Below the pieces are notes generated by a model. It searched no databases. It had not been told where the DNA came from and saw only the letters and a program-made list of their open reading frames with translations. The position numbers and the translations under genes were made by a program. DNA of 53,181 nt. Source: Octopus bimaculoides. Its lineage: Eukaryota. Position 1 is the stretch's first letter. Every line of letters begins with the position of its first letter. Positions 1 through 11,963 of the stretch are shown piece by piece. The stretch covers positions 342,897 through 396,077 of the forward strand of contig NC_068997.1 in assembly GCF_001194135.2 (NCBI RefSeq), written 5' to 3'.

Positions 1-33
<33 letters not shown>

Positions 34-130
34 GATAGATAGATAGATAGATATACACACATATATATATATAAACATTTATATATATATACATATATAT
101 ATGCGTGTGTGTGTGTTTGTGTGTTTATGT
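1..130. repeat. Compound microsatellite (AG)n(ATAG)n(AT)n(GT)n
   Basis: Direct inspection. Confidence 0.95.
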
Positions 131-964
131 GTTTGTGTATGTATGTGTGGGTGGTGGGGTCTGTTTGTGTCAAGGAAACATCACAACACAACATTGACCC
201 ACCGACGGAATGAACTGTCTCCAATTTCCCCCCAGACTTTAAGACCACAAAAGATATAAATCAGTAATGTTTCATAACAACGCAGTTCCTGAAAAGTGAT
301 AAGTCGCAACCATTGTTCAACAAACAGACGATAATAACAACAGCAACTGCAGCGCCGCCATCACCACCACTGCCACAACCACCACTATCACTATCAACAA
401 CAACAACAAGGACAACAACAACAACAAGGACAACAACAACAACAAGGACAACAACAACGACTATTAACAGTTTTCAACGAATAGACAACCATTATATCTA
501 TGTCTGTGAGCCCTGAGTAAAGATCAGGGATGATATACAACAACTGCAGAGAATTGGCCCATGAACGGGGATGAATTCTTCCTCTTTATGAACAAACAAG
601 CCATCCGTTTATTAACTGCGGTGGATCCATGAATGCAGACGAACAGTAACGTACTAAACTTAGGCCCTTAGTGGTAGGACAAAATCTAAAATCCTAGGAA
701 ACCAATAAGGGATTGCGTTGACAAAATAACCGCTAACTGACTCTAATTTGAAACGTCAGTTTTCTTTTTCTTTTTTGCCAATTCTCATTGCAACGTGAAT
801 TTGCCGACACTCGATAAACTCTTAATTGGATTTTACTTTAACTAATGGACAATTCATATTATCTGCCGCTGTTATGGCTCTGTTCAATGAAGACTGACAT
901 ACGACAGTAGCTCGACGTGGACCCCATCTCTAGCTGAGAAACCCTTATATTATTAAAACCTTTC

Positions 965-1060
965 ATGAAAGACTCTAAACCAGGAACGTACATTGATAAT
1001 ATGACAGGACGGTCAAGGAGGAAGACGAAGAAAACAAAGAAGAAAAAGAAGTCAAATGAA
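965..1060 (+). CDS. Exon 1 of + gene: [32 protein letters not shown] (alternative ATG at 1001)
   Basis: Lys-rich ORF ending at a strong donor GAA|gtaagt in phase 0, matching the next exon. The start codon is uncertain and gaps in intron 1 could hide further exons. Confidence 0.68.
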
Positions 1061-2326
1061 GTAAGTCCCAAGCTAGAACAGATGCTTTTAAAATTATATT
1101 TTCAAGTTATATGCTGTTTTATTATTTTATTTGTTCCAATCATGGAACTTTGTAGTCATACTTGAGCATCGCCTTCTGAAGTATAATCAACTATATCGAC
1201 TAAATCGAATGGTAGTTACTTCATTGACCCCTGATAGATTGAATGTAAAGATGGATGGTGGGAATTTTTGACTAAAATACGTAAAGGACGTAACCACATG
1301 GAGTTTTGTACGTTTCAGTTTTATGTTCTTTCGTATTCAGAGTTGGAATACAGTTGGCTTAGACGTTCATTTCTAGTCTTCCCTGTTATTGTATTTGTGT
1401 GTGTGTGTGTGTGTGTAGAAACTGTATTGATAATGCTTAGAATATTGTTGCTGTGTAACACAAGGTCATCTCTAAACGAACAATTCTACATCTCTCTCTC
1501 GAGTAATCGGACGAACACCCGAGGCCCCACCCACAGATCCATCGTCCCAGATATGCCATATCCTTGCCTAGTTAAAGACTTAACACTCACACTCCTGCAT
1601 GCAGTGGTTGGCCATAAAAGTCACAGTGTAACTCTAAAGATATGTTGTATTTCTAAATAGTTAGACTGTAGATTCATGACTGCGATATAGTTTAGTTCTA
1701 GGTCAGCCCTGAACCAGTTGACCGGGGACCAAATGTATTCCAGCCGTGACAACACTGTGTTTTCCTCTTGCAAACGGAACCCAGGGCCGCATTATCGAAC
1801 ATGTTCTATTCTAAGATAGTAACGTGTCATTTTGAGAAAATTTGAAGAGTTTTGGCTGTTAGTTTAGCAGATTAAGCAACAGCGTACGGGCCCCATGATG
1901 AAGTTAGTAACGAGGCCTTTAACTGATTGTGGTGTTAAGCGTCCATGCGCAGAGTTTCTTGTTATGTGCGATCCTTCAAGCAACAAAAACATGAATAAAA
2001 GAGCTTGATTCTTGGAGTCATGGGCTGGTAGAATAGAAGACATCGAATTCTTCGTTTCCGATTGGTCACTTTTGGGTCAGATGATGGTGAATAGAAGGCG
2101 TAGCAGGTTGGGGGCTAGCAAGTTATCGAGGAATAAGAAGTAATTTTGATAGAGATATTCAGTTTATTTGTCACGGGTGTTGAGGGAACGAGATACTGGT
2201 ATATTGGAAGAATTCAAGTTTACAATGTTGTGACTTGTTAGAAAATGCTACTGCTGTTTCTGTGTTACAGCCAGCCTGTAGCCTAACGACTAAATCAATT
2301 TATACCAACATGCATACACACGCGCA

Positions 2327-2400
<74 letters not shown>

Positions 2401-5400
2401 NNNNNNNNNNNNNNNNNNNNNNNNNNNNNNNNNNNNNNNNNNNNNNNNNNNNNNNNNNNNNNNNNNNNNNNNNNNNNNNNNNNNNNNNNNNNNNNNNNNN
2501 NNNNNNNNNNNNNNNNNNNNNNNNNNNNNNNNNNNNNNNNNNNNNNNNNNNNNNNNNNNNNNNNNNNNNNNNNNNNNNNNNNNNNNNNNNNNNNNNNNNN
2601 NNNNNNNNNNNNNNNNNNNNNNNNNNNNNNNNNNNNNNNNNNNNNNNNNNNNNNNNNNNNNNNNNNNNNNNNNNNNNNNNNNNNNNNNNNNNNNNNNNNN
2701 NNNNNNNNNNNNNNNNNNNNNNNNNNNNNNNNNNNNNNNNNNNNNNNNNNNNNNNNNNNNNNNNNNNNNNNNNNNNNNNNNNNNNNNNNNNNNNNNNNNN
2801 NNNNNNNNNNNNNNNNNNNNNNNNNNNNNNNNNNNNNNNNNNNNNNNAATAGATAGATAGATAGATAGATTGATAGACGTGTGTGTATTTGTGTATACAA
2901 ACATATTCATCTACGAAGTGGTGTCAAAATTTCCCGGACTAGTTCTGTAGTGCACCGATAGATGGCAGCACATGGTTACGTGCGCAGTGGGAGCTAGTAA
3001 TCACTTTCATGAGGCACTATGCCGAGTGACATCGCTGTGTTTACTTCGCAAGTTGAGAAATTTGTGTTTTTGCGATTATGTGTATGCTGAAGTTTGCGAT
3101 TTTTGTCATGGAGGTGAAATTTTGCGTTAAGCATGGGAAGTCATCACCGGTGATGAGAGTTGGGTCTACAGGTATGACCTTCAGACGAAGCAGCAGTTGT
3201 CATAATGGAAGAGCCTTTTATCCCCCACGACCGAAGAAGGCAGGATAGAGCCGCAGCTCAATCAGGATTTTGTTCGAAACCCGCGGTATTGTGCATCGAG
3301 AATTTCTCTCCCAGGACCAGACCGTCAATCGAGAGTTCTACCGCAACGTTTTGAAGCGTTTGAGGGAGAACATTCGGCGAAAGCGACCGGATCTGTGGAG
3401 CGCCAAAAATTGGATTCTTCTTCACGACGACAATACATCGTGTCACTGAGCTCGCCTCACTCGTGAATTTTACGCCAAAAACATGATATCGCTTCCGCAC
3501 TCACCCTATTCGCCAGATTTAGCACCTGCGGACTTCCATCTCTTCCCCAATGTGAAAATGTAGCTGAAAGGTCACCGTTTTAACACCGTTGTCGAGATCA
3601 AGAGCGAATCGCAGAAGGTCCTCGACTCGCTTACGGAAAACGACTTCCAAATCGGATTCCAAAAGTGGGAGGAATGCTGGAACCAGTGTATTCCTGCGCA
3701 GGATGACTAGTTCGAAGGAGATGTTGTTAAAACGTAGGTAAATATGTTATTTTTTATTAAACACAACTAGTCCGGGAACATTTTAATCCGACCTCGGGAT
3801 CTTGTTCAAAACGGGGCACCAGTATTTTCTTAACGAAACGCTTTGAAACTTGGGACAAGTCTTTTTCTCTTAGTCTTCTTAACAAAAAAACGTACATCGC
3901 AAGTTATTTCATGTTAAAGTTGTCGTATTTCTGTAATTTCAACCAATGACTGACGTCCATTCAGCCGTAAAAATTAAGTGCTGACTACGTAAACAAACGA
4001 TTCTCGGCGGTGATAAAATTATTATTTCCTTGTCAAAAAAAATGGCTGAAGCATATTAGCAGTAGCTNNNNNNNNNNNNNNNNNNNNNNNNNNNNNNNNN
4101 NNNNNNNNNNNNNNNNNNNNNNNNNNNNNNNNNNNNNNNNNNNNNNNNNNNNNNNNNNNNNNNNNNNNNNNNNNNNNNNNNNNNNNNNNNNNNNNNNNNN
4201 NNNNNNNNNNNNNNNNNNNNNNNNNNNNNNNNNNNNNNNNNNNNNNNNNNNNNNNNNNNNNNNNNNNNNNNNNNNNNNNNNNNNNNNNNNNNNNNNNNNN
4301 NNNNNNNNNNNNNNNNNNNNNNNNNNNNNNNNNNNNNNNNNNNNNNNNNNNNNNNNNNNNNNNNNNNNNNNNNNNNNNNNNNNNNNNNNNNNNNNNNNNN
4401 NNNNNNNNNNNNNNNNNNNNNNNNNNNNNNNNNNNNNNNNNNNNNNNNNNNNNNNNNNNNNNNNNNNNNNNNNNNNNNNNNNNNNNNNNNNNNNNNNNNN
4501 NNNNNNNNNNNNNNNNNNNNNNNNNNNNNNNNNNNNNNNNNNNNNNNNNNNNNNNNNNNNNNNNNNNNNNNNNNNNNNNNNNNNNNNNNNNNNNNNNNNN
4601 NNNNNNNNNNNNNNNNNNNNNNNNNNNNNNNNNNNNNNNNNNNNNNNNNNNNNNNNNNNNNNNNNNNNNNNNNNNNNNNNNNNNNNNNNNNNNNNNNNNN
4701 NNNNNNNNNNNNNNNNNNNNNNNNNNNNNNNNNNNNNNNNNNNNNNNNNNNNNNNNNNNNNNNNNNNNNNNNNNNNNNNNNNNNNNNNNNNNNNNNNNNN
4801 NNNNNNNNNNNNNNNNNNNNNNNNNNNNNNNNNNNNNNNNNNNNNNNNNNNNNNNNNNNNNNNNNNNNNNTATATATATAGTAGGCGAGTAATATCCGAA
4901 ATTTCGAAGTCACTGTCACCTTTCTCATAAAATTTCGTTAACATGTACCCTACTAGAAAGTATTGAATTACCCTCCAGTTTAATTTTAGATTCATTTTAT
5001 ATCTAACTTGACATTAAAACATATGTATGTGTGTATAATACTAGGAGAAGCTGGAGAAAGAAGTTGAAAAGATGAGGTCGAACGAAGAATTAGTGGAAAG
5101 CATCGTGTACCGTGTGAATCGATGGCTAGCTGTGAACTCCAACACTGTCACGGAGTTGTTTAGTAGTTTTGACACAGCTGATGAAGGACTTGTAACCTAC
5201 AAACAGTTTAAGGCAGGTAAATACTTTCTTCTGATGATTCTCACGTCATTTTTAACGAGACCGATATAAAAAGATATTGTTTACATATACAGGTTTCAAA
5301 TTTTGGCACAAGGCCAGCAGTTTTAGGGGTAGAGGTTAAGTCGAGATCGTCGTCCGTGTTCAACTGGTACTTATTTCATCGTCTCCGAAAGGTAGGAAAG

Positions 5401-7118
5401 GCTAAGTCGACCTCGACGGCATTTGAACTCAGAACGTTGGGATGGATGAAGTGCTGCAAAGCATTTTGTTTGGCATGCTAATTACTTTGCCAGCTCGCCG
5501 CCATAAAAATACTGCAATAATAATGATAATTATTCTTTAGGAATGTTGTGATAGGGCCAGCAGTTAGTCAATACCATCGATCTCAGTACTTGACTTGTAC
5601 TTTATTTTATCGTTCCCGAAAGGATGAAAAGCAAAGTTGACCTCGGCGCTATTTAAGCTCTAAACGGGAAAAGCATTTCGTCAGATATACTAATGATTCA
5701 ACTATATCTTTATAATAATTATTTCTAATTTTGGCACAAGGCCAGCAATTTTGAGGGGAATGGAAAGCTTATCACATCGATAATGTATTTGACCGGTACA
5801 TTACCTTATCGACCCCTGAAGGGATGAAAGCAAGGTCAACCTCGAGGGCATTTGAACTCAAAATATAAAGAGCCAGAATAAGTACTGCTAAACATTTTGT
5901 CTGGTGTGCTGAAGATTCTGCCAGCTCTCCACCGTTATGATAATAATAATAGGAAGTTTTATTTTTAATATCCTTTATTTATATCTCGCTCAAATCGTAT
6001 AACAATTTTAAATGTCGGTCTCATTAGATAACATAGTTACATACATCGTCCAAACTGATCTGGAGTTAATAATAATAGTAACAACTATAACAACATAAGT
6101 TCAAATCTCCAACAGCTAAGATTCTGCTGTGTTTCTTGTTAAAATATTTTATTGTGCATTGTCTCACCTCAGTTTATTTGGCTCTCAGAGTAGCAATATA
6201 TACCAGATCATTTGGGAATGTTAACACCGATACACTAACGCTCTATACACGAGGAGAATTATTTCTTATCGGCTTCGCATCATGGAACCAAATGTAAATA
6301 TTGGTTGTCTAAAGTTCATGAGACCTGGGAGATATTTCGATTTTATATTATGACTACTTGTTCAAATCCCGCCGAAGTTAACCATGTCTTTCATCCTTTC
6401 GGGGTCGATAAAATAAAGTATTTGTCAAGTACTGGGATTGGTGGTATCGACTGCCTCGCCCATTCTTCAACATTTTTAGCCTTGGCCTATAATCAGAAAC
6501 CTTTATAATTATTGGCCAAGGTGACGAGCTGGAAGAATCGCGAGAGCATCGGATAAAATGCCATGCAGTATTTGTTCCGGCTCTCTATGTTCAGAGTTCA
6601 AAATCACGCCAAAGTGAAATTTACTTTTCATTCTCTGTGGTCTAATTTAGGCACAAGTCTGGCAATTTTTAGGAGAAGAGACAATCGTCTAATCCTCAAA
6701 ATTGTTGGACCTCTACCTAAATTACATGAAGATAGCTCCCCTTTGCTCTTTTGGCTAGGAAGGGTAGCCAATATTCTTCTGTCTGGTGAGGTTGCATGGT
6801 GAACTTGCAGTTTCTTTTGTAGATGATCAGGGACAGATCATAACGTGTGTTGTTCATAAAAGTATTAGTTGAGTTTCGTAGGCGGCCTTCAGTTGGTTGC
6901 AGTTAATGTCTCTCATTTATTTATTCCCATCCAAATTCATAGGAATGATTGATCTCAAAATTCCGTGTAATTCGGCCGAACTTCATCTGGTAACGCTGCT
7001 TCTTGACAAGAACTTCACCCAAACAATCAGCTATGTCAACTTGACAAAACAAATCTCCGTAAACGGGTATGTACCATTCCATTCTTACAGCTGTTGTTGT
7101 TGTTGTTATTGTTGTTGG

Positions 7119-7152
<34 letters not shown>

Positions 7153-7261
7153 CTTCTTCTTCTTCTTCTTCTTCTTCTTCTTCTTCTTCTTCTTCTTCTT
7201 CTATACAAAACTGATTTTGTAATACTGATTTTATCCATGGAACAAATTTGTGTCAGCTTTG

Positions 7262-7293
<32 letters not shown>

Positions 7294-7305
7294 TGCATGT
7301 ATTCT

Positions 7306-7338
<33 letters not shown>

Positions 7339-8250
7339 NNNNNNNNNNNNNNNNNNNNNNNNNNNNNNNNNNNGGGGGGGGGGGGTAAGAAGAAAAATAA
7401 GCGAAAATGCACAGTGGAAATCAAAAAAAGTAAAGGCTTTTTTATGAAAAGTAATGACAGATATATACAATTAGATGAACTAAGGTAGGAATAAAAGTAA
7501 TAAAAGTCATTATTGTGAATTGTTAAAGAGATTCAAAAGCATACTGGTTTCGTAAAGTTACTAATCATTGCTTTGAATGCACACTGATTACTGAACGGTG
7601 TCAGGTCTACTAGTCTCTGAGTAAAANNNNNNNNNNNNNNNNNNNNNNNNNNNNNNNNNNNNNNNNNNNNNNNNNNNNNNNNNNNNNNNNNNNNNNNNNN
7701 NNNNNNNNNNNNNNNNNNNNNNNNNNNNNNNNNNNNNNNNNNNNNNNNNNNNNNNNNNNNNNNNNNNNNNNNNNNNNNNNNNNNNNNNNNNNNNNNNNNN
7801 NNNNNNNNNNNNNNNNNNNNNNNNNNNNNNNNNNNNNNNNNNNNNNNNNNNNNNNNNNNNNNNNNNNNNNNNNNNNNNNNNNNNNNNNNNNNNNNNNNNN
7901 NNNNNNNNNNNNNNNNNNNNNNNNNNNNNNNNNNNNNNNNNNNNNNNNNNNNNNNNNNNNNNNNNNNNNNNNNNNNNNNNNNNNNNNNNNNTTAATCTTA
8001 AATATTTCACTTTGTTTAAAGTGGAACTCTGAACCCTCCAAAAGGTGGGGGCATGTATCACAATTGGGTCGACCACGTTTTTTCACTTTTGGTTCTGTTG
8101 TTATATATATGTACGTATATATATATTAATATATATGTACATATATCCATATATATATACATATATATGTACATATATACACACATATATATTTACATAC
8201 ATATATATGTATATATATACATATATATATACATATATATGTACATATAC

Positions 8251-8292
<42 letters not shown>

Positions 8293-9632
8293 AATGTACA
8301 TATATCAATACACACGCATACTCGTATATATGCATCAATGAATCGAGTGTGTTGTGTATACATAACGCCTGAAAAAAGATGGTGTTCTCTGAAGACGAAA
8401 AACAGCAATTGGCATATTCACATTAAAATCTGCCAGAACGTATTCAAAAAGAAATTGATATAGGTCATTAAAAGAATCCCAAATTTTCTTTTTCATGTCT
8501 ATGATTTCAGATCAGGAGAGGAATATAACTGTAAAGGGCACTGTTCCCTGTGTGGAAAAGGAATGGATGATCCGAACATTAACAGAAAACTGGTACCAAG
8601 AAAAAGGTAGGATGTTGTTGTTTAGCTGCAGGTCAACCATGATGCAACTGAACTACGATCGAAGGGGTTCTAGACACGATCATTCAGTCACGCCAGAATT
8701 TTCATTTTCATTACCCTCAATACACCAATTTTCATCACACCAACATTCACGACTTCTTTCACACCAACACATGTTATCTATAACTTTATCACACCATCAT
8801 ACACTCTATGACGCAAGTACATTCCACTACTGTCTCACTAATGCTCCGACTTGAGAGTTCAATCTCAGGTGCTTCCTTTAAAATGTTTTTACATTATTTT
8901 CTTTTTCTACCGATACACTTTCTATATCTCTTCAATTATAATTGGTAATAACTGGTAATATACTGGGGTAGTATACTGGCCAGTATATTTGGTCATGTGT
9001 TTAGTTGAAGGATCATTTTGCACAGTTGAACAAGAGGTAAGATCTTGGCAGGTCGAGATGACTAAGAGTTAAATCATTGGCTAAAGTCATTTCACTTCAC
9101 ATATACTACTAGCGTGGAGGTACGTGCCTTACTGATTAGGTTGTTGGACTCATGATTGTGGTTTCGATTCCTGGACCGAGCGATGCGTTATGTTCTTGAT
9201 CAAAGCCCTTCATTTCGCGTTGCTCCAGTCTATTCAGCTGGCGAAAATGAGTAATCCTGCGACGAACCGGCGTGCCGTCCATGTGGGGGATATATACGCC
9301 ATGGAAGCAGGGAAACCGGCCCTACGAGTCTGTGTGACTGGGGAAGGAACTTTTATACCACTAGCACTGTTAGGAAAGTCACGAGTGTTACAACCTCCTA
9401 CTTTTCCTTTCTTTTTTAAATATTTAGTCTTTGTAGTTTAATCAAATCAATCAATATCATTCATTAGTCCATTCGAGGTAACAGTAGAAAATACTAACCA
9501 CGAGGTTGCGAAGCAAATTACTTAACTACCTAACTACTAATTTATTTATTTATTTACTTATTCATTCATTCGTTCATTCATTCATTTATTCATTCATAGT
9601 ACCTATCATTCTTTATTGTATTTATCTATGTG

Positions 9633-9707
<75 letters not shown>

Positions 9708-10077
9708 TTATTTATTTATTTATTTATTTTATTTCAGATATGTCCAGTTGGATCTGCGACTGGCCTCTTTCAGCCAACTCAAAGAACCGTTTATCAATTT
9801 CTTCCTCGTTGTCTCGTCTGACACTTATATTTCACAAATCATTCACAAAATCCTCGCCCACACAGCCATCTGCACCACCAAAATGGCGCTGTTCCGACAT
9901 AAAACCTGCACCAAAAGCTCTCTTCTACCAGAACAGACAACGCTTGAAGAATGTGCTTACCATGGTTACTGTAAGCAACATCCACAAGAAGTCGCCTTGT
10001 TCTACGACTTTTGCGAAGACTTCACCGATTGTCCACTTCTGATGGCTGATTATTATTTTACCAAAAACTACACCTGA
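965..10077 (+). CDS. Spliced gene, 5 coding exons (965-1060, 5045-5216, 6943-7066, 8511-8606, 9738-10077): uncharacterised ~275-aa EF-hand-like protein
   Basis: All introns are GT-AG with matching phases (0,1,2,2). The joined frame is open for 828 nt and ends at TGA 10075-10077. Confidence 0.82.
2914..3796 (+). mobile_element. Internally deleted, degenerate mariner (Tc1/mariner) DNA transposon
   Basis: TIRs of ~30 bp (cgaagtggtgtcaaaatttcccggactagtt / aactagtccgggaacattttaatccgacctcg) with TA on the left. Transposase remnants ITGDESWVY (~3143) and [11 protein letters not shown] (~3505) carry stops; the N-terminal HTH region is absent. Confidence 0.92.
5045..5216 (+). CDS. Exon 2 of + gene: [15 protein letters not shown]...[20 protein letters not shown](G), EF-hand-like loop
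   Basis: Acceptor ctag|GAG and donor GCAG|gtaaat; 172 nt; [14 protein letters not shown] resembles a helix-loop-helix EF-hand. Confidence 0.85.
5290..5935 (-). mobile_element. Three tandem antisense copies of the major tRNA-derived SINE (family 1)
   Basis: Reverse complements of head ggcggcgagctggcagaa, B-box gagttcaaat and body gtcgactttgcctttcatcctttcggggtcgataaaataagtaccag. Confidence 0.8.
6340..6670 (+). mobile_element. Two sense copies (partial) of SINE family 1
   Basis: gttcaaatcccgccgaagttaaccatgtctttcatcctttcggggtcgataaaataaagta and ggtgacgagctggaagaatcg...gagttcaaaatcacgcc. Confidence 0.75.
6943..7066 (+). CDS. Exon 3 of + gene: (G)[40 protein letters not shown](G), second degenerate EF-hand
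   Basis: Acceptor tcatag|GA (phase 1) and donor GG|gtatgt (phase 2); [12 protein letters not shown] follows EF-hand spacing. Confidence 0.85.
7093..7200. repeat. Compound (GTT)n(CTT)n microsatellite in intron 3 of the + gene
   Basis: Direct inspection. Confidence 0.95.
8100..8290. repeat. (AT)/(AC)/(GT) low-complexity tract
   Basis: Direct inspection. Confidence 0.9.
8511..8606 (+). CDS. Exon 4 of + gene: [31 protein letters not shown](R)
   Basis: Acceptor atttcag|A and donor AAAAAG|gtagga; phase 2 to phase 2, 96 nt, no stop. This frame differs from the listed ORF 8495-8854. Confidence 0.8.
9112..9360 (+). mobile_element. tRNA-derived SINE family with CORE-like body (related copies ~27885-28135 +, ~38550-38745 -)
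   Basis: tRNA-like head with ggtttcgattcc B-box and shared body (ttcatttcgcgttgctccagtctattcagctggcgaaaatgagt). The CORE assignment is from memory and unverified. Confidence 0.65.
9630..9730. repeat. (TATC)n(TGTC)n(TTTA)n tract directly upstream of the terminal-exon acceptor
   Basis: Direct inspection. Confidence 0.95.
9738..10077 (+). CDS. Terminal exon of + gene: [11 protein letters not shown]...LEECAYHG...[26 protein letters not shown]
   Basis: Acceptor tttatttcag|A in phase 2; 112 codons of complex sequence to TGA 10075-10077. Confidence 0.88.
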
Positions 10078-10554
10078 AGACACGTGATATCGTTCCCAAC
10101 ACAAACTTTGAATTTATTTATTTATTCAGTTCATTTTTCAACGCCTCCGTGAGAAGATGAAGAGTAGAGTCCGGGACTCTCTTTCCAGAACCCTTGAGAA
10201 AAGGAGACAGCTGTTCTTAGCTTGAATGCTAATAACAAAGAGAGACTCTGCTAAAAACATCCAAGAGTTTCATGATTGTTTCTAATTTTGGCAGTCATTT
10301 TGAAGACGTGGGAGTTTAGTCAGTTATATTGATCCCAGCACATAACTAGTGTTTTAATTTATGGATCATAAAAGGATTAAATTAAGGTTGACTTCGGCAG
10401 GATTTTAACTTGGAGTGCAGAGTGTCGGAACAAACATCGCAAAACAGTTTTCTTCATGCTTTAACGACTCTGCCAAAAAGATTTCATAAAAATAATGGTA
10501 AATTCCTGATTATTTTTGGAAAGTCATTGAAGCAATACTTTCCGGTGGAATTCT

Positions 10555-10980
10555 GGTTTAAGCACCCCATATAACCCCTCATAAACTTTTTATTTCTTGG
10601 AATCTTCAGAAAATATTTGTGAAATTGTGTTCTACGCACGAGAATTCATACGATTATGCAAAAATAAATTTGTGTAATTTAAGGGCGATTTGGCTATTAT
10701 TTTTAGCACATCTGACGACCACCTGATACCTTCCGTGTTTCTTTATCACTCTGATATGTATTGATGTTTTTTCCATATTTTCCTATCCATAAACGTTTAA
10801 TGGTTCATTGCTGAGATGTTTAAAAAAAAAAAAGGATTTATGTGAGTTTAAAAACTTGAAAAAATTTTTTTCTTTTAATAATCGTATCAATTCCCGTGTG
10901 TAGAACACAAATTCGCAAAAATTTTCTGAAGATTCCGAAAAATATAAAAGTTATGTGGGGCTATGCAGGGTGCTTAAACC
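10555..10980. mobile_element. Fold-back MITE with ~120-bp imperfect terminal inverted repeats
   Basis: Left arm ggtttaagcaccccatataacccctcataaac...ggaatcttcagaaaa...gtgttctacgcacgagaattcatacgatta is the reverse complement of the right arm ending ...ttatgtggggctatgcagggtgcttaaacc. No clear TSD. Confidence 0.85.
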
Positions 10981-11089
10981 GACATAATTTCATTAAAACT
11001 ATGATTGTGAAAAGGTTGAATTTATTTCGTTACTTTCCATTACAGTGATTTTAGTTCCTCTTCAATAATTAACCGATAACTTTCCAAAA

Positions 11090-11657
11090 TTTTCACTCAG
11101 TTTGCCGAAGCATGAAATCAATTACCTGCATCAAGTTGTTAGCTGTCAGGATACGGCATCTGTCTATGTTCAAATTTCGCCGATGTCGACTGCCTTTCAT
11201 CCTTTCAGGATCGGTGAAAAAGTACCAGTCGTGGACTGAGGTCGATATAAACCTTAAGGTCAGGAAGTGGTGTTAAACTGGATGTCCGGTTAAATCTACC
11301 GTACAAGAAATAAAACGGTCCCTCCGACAAGCTTCATATTACACTCTCGGCTCTAGGTTTTAACTGAATCTGTGTAGAAGACATTTAGTCAAGATGACAC
11401 ATGCCGGTATCGAACCCGGATATAAACAGCGGCTAAATCTCTTTTACATTATTTCGTCCGTGAATCCATCCGTCCCCATGCTCTGAGTTCAAATTCCACC
11501 AACGTTCACTTTACTTTTCATCCTTTCAATGTTGATAAAATAAGTACCAGTCGAACACTGGGGTCGATGTAATTGACTAGCTCCCTCCCCTCAAATTTCG
11601 GGCCTTGTGCCAATAGTAGAAAGGATTATTATTATTATTATCAATATTATTATTATT

Positions 11658-11689
<32 letters not shown>

Positions 11690-11942
11690 CGTCGTTGTTG
11701 TTGTTATTATTATTATTATTGTTATTATTATTATTATTATTATTATTAAGAAGGTGGTGAGCTGATAGAAACGTTAGCACGCCGGACGAAATGCTTACCG
11801 GTATTTCATCCATCTTCATGTTCTGAGTTCAAATTCCACCGAGGTCGACTTTGCTTTTCATCCTTTCGGGGTCAATAAATTAAGTGTAATCGACTCATCC
11901 CCTCCCCCGAAATGACTGCCCTTGTGGCAAAATTTGAAGCCA
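11090..11942 (+). mobile_element. Three SINE family 1 copies (~11090-11270, 11480-11627, 11750-11942) separated by (ATT)n/(GTT)n
   Basis: The 11750 copy is near full length: ggtggtgagctgatagaaacgttagcacgccggacgaaatgc...gagttcaaattccaccgaggtcgac...ttgtggcaaaatttgaagcc(att)n. Confidence 0.85.
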
Positions 11943-11963
11943 TTATTATTATTATTATTATTA

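Noticed and set aside
735-762. ctga...gaaacgtcagtt upstream of the + gene, resembling a hammerhead
   Set aside because: It lacks the NGA of the core and any helix II pairing.
2235-4995. Long ORFs of 120-320 aa in the track here and at 7588-8086, 13766-14321 and 29552-30148
   Set aside because: They are open only because they run through N gaps or dinucleotide repeats.
5178-5200. CTGATGA (hammerhead core-like) at ~5178
   Set aside because: It lies inside a coding exon (A-D-E-G) and has no helix II or GAAA partner.
8495-8854. [18 protein letters not shown]... as a coding region
   Set aside because: Splice phases require the alternative frame ([16 protein letters not shown]...). The listed ORF runs through the donor into His/Ser-rich intron sequence.
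11750-11830. tRNA gene calls from A-box/B-box motifs
   Set aside because: They are tRNA-derived SINE heads with a repeated body and tail and no complete cloverleaf.
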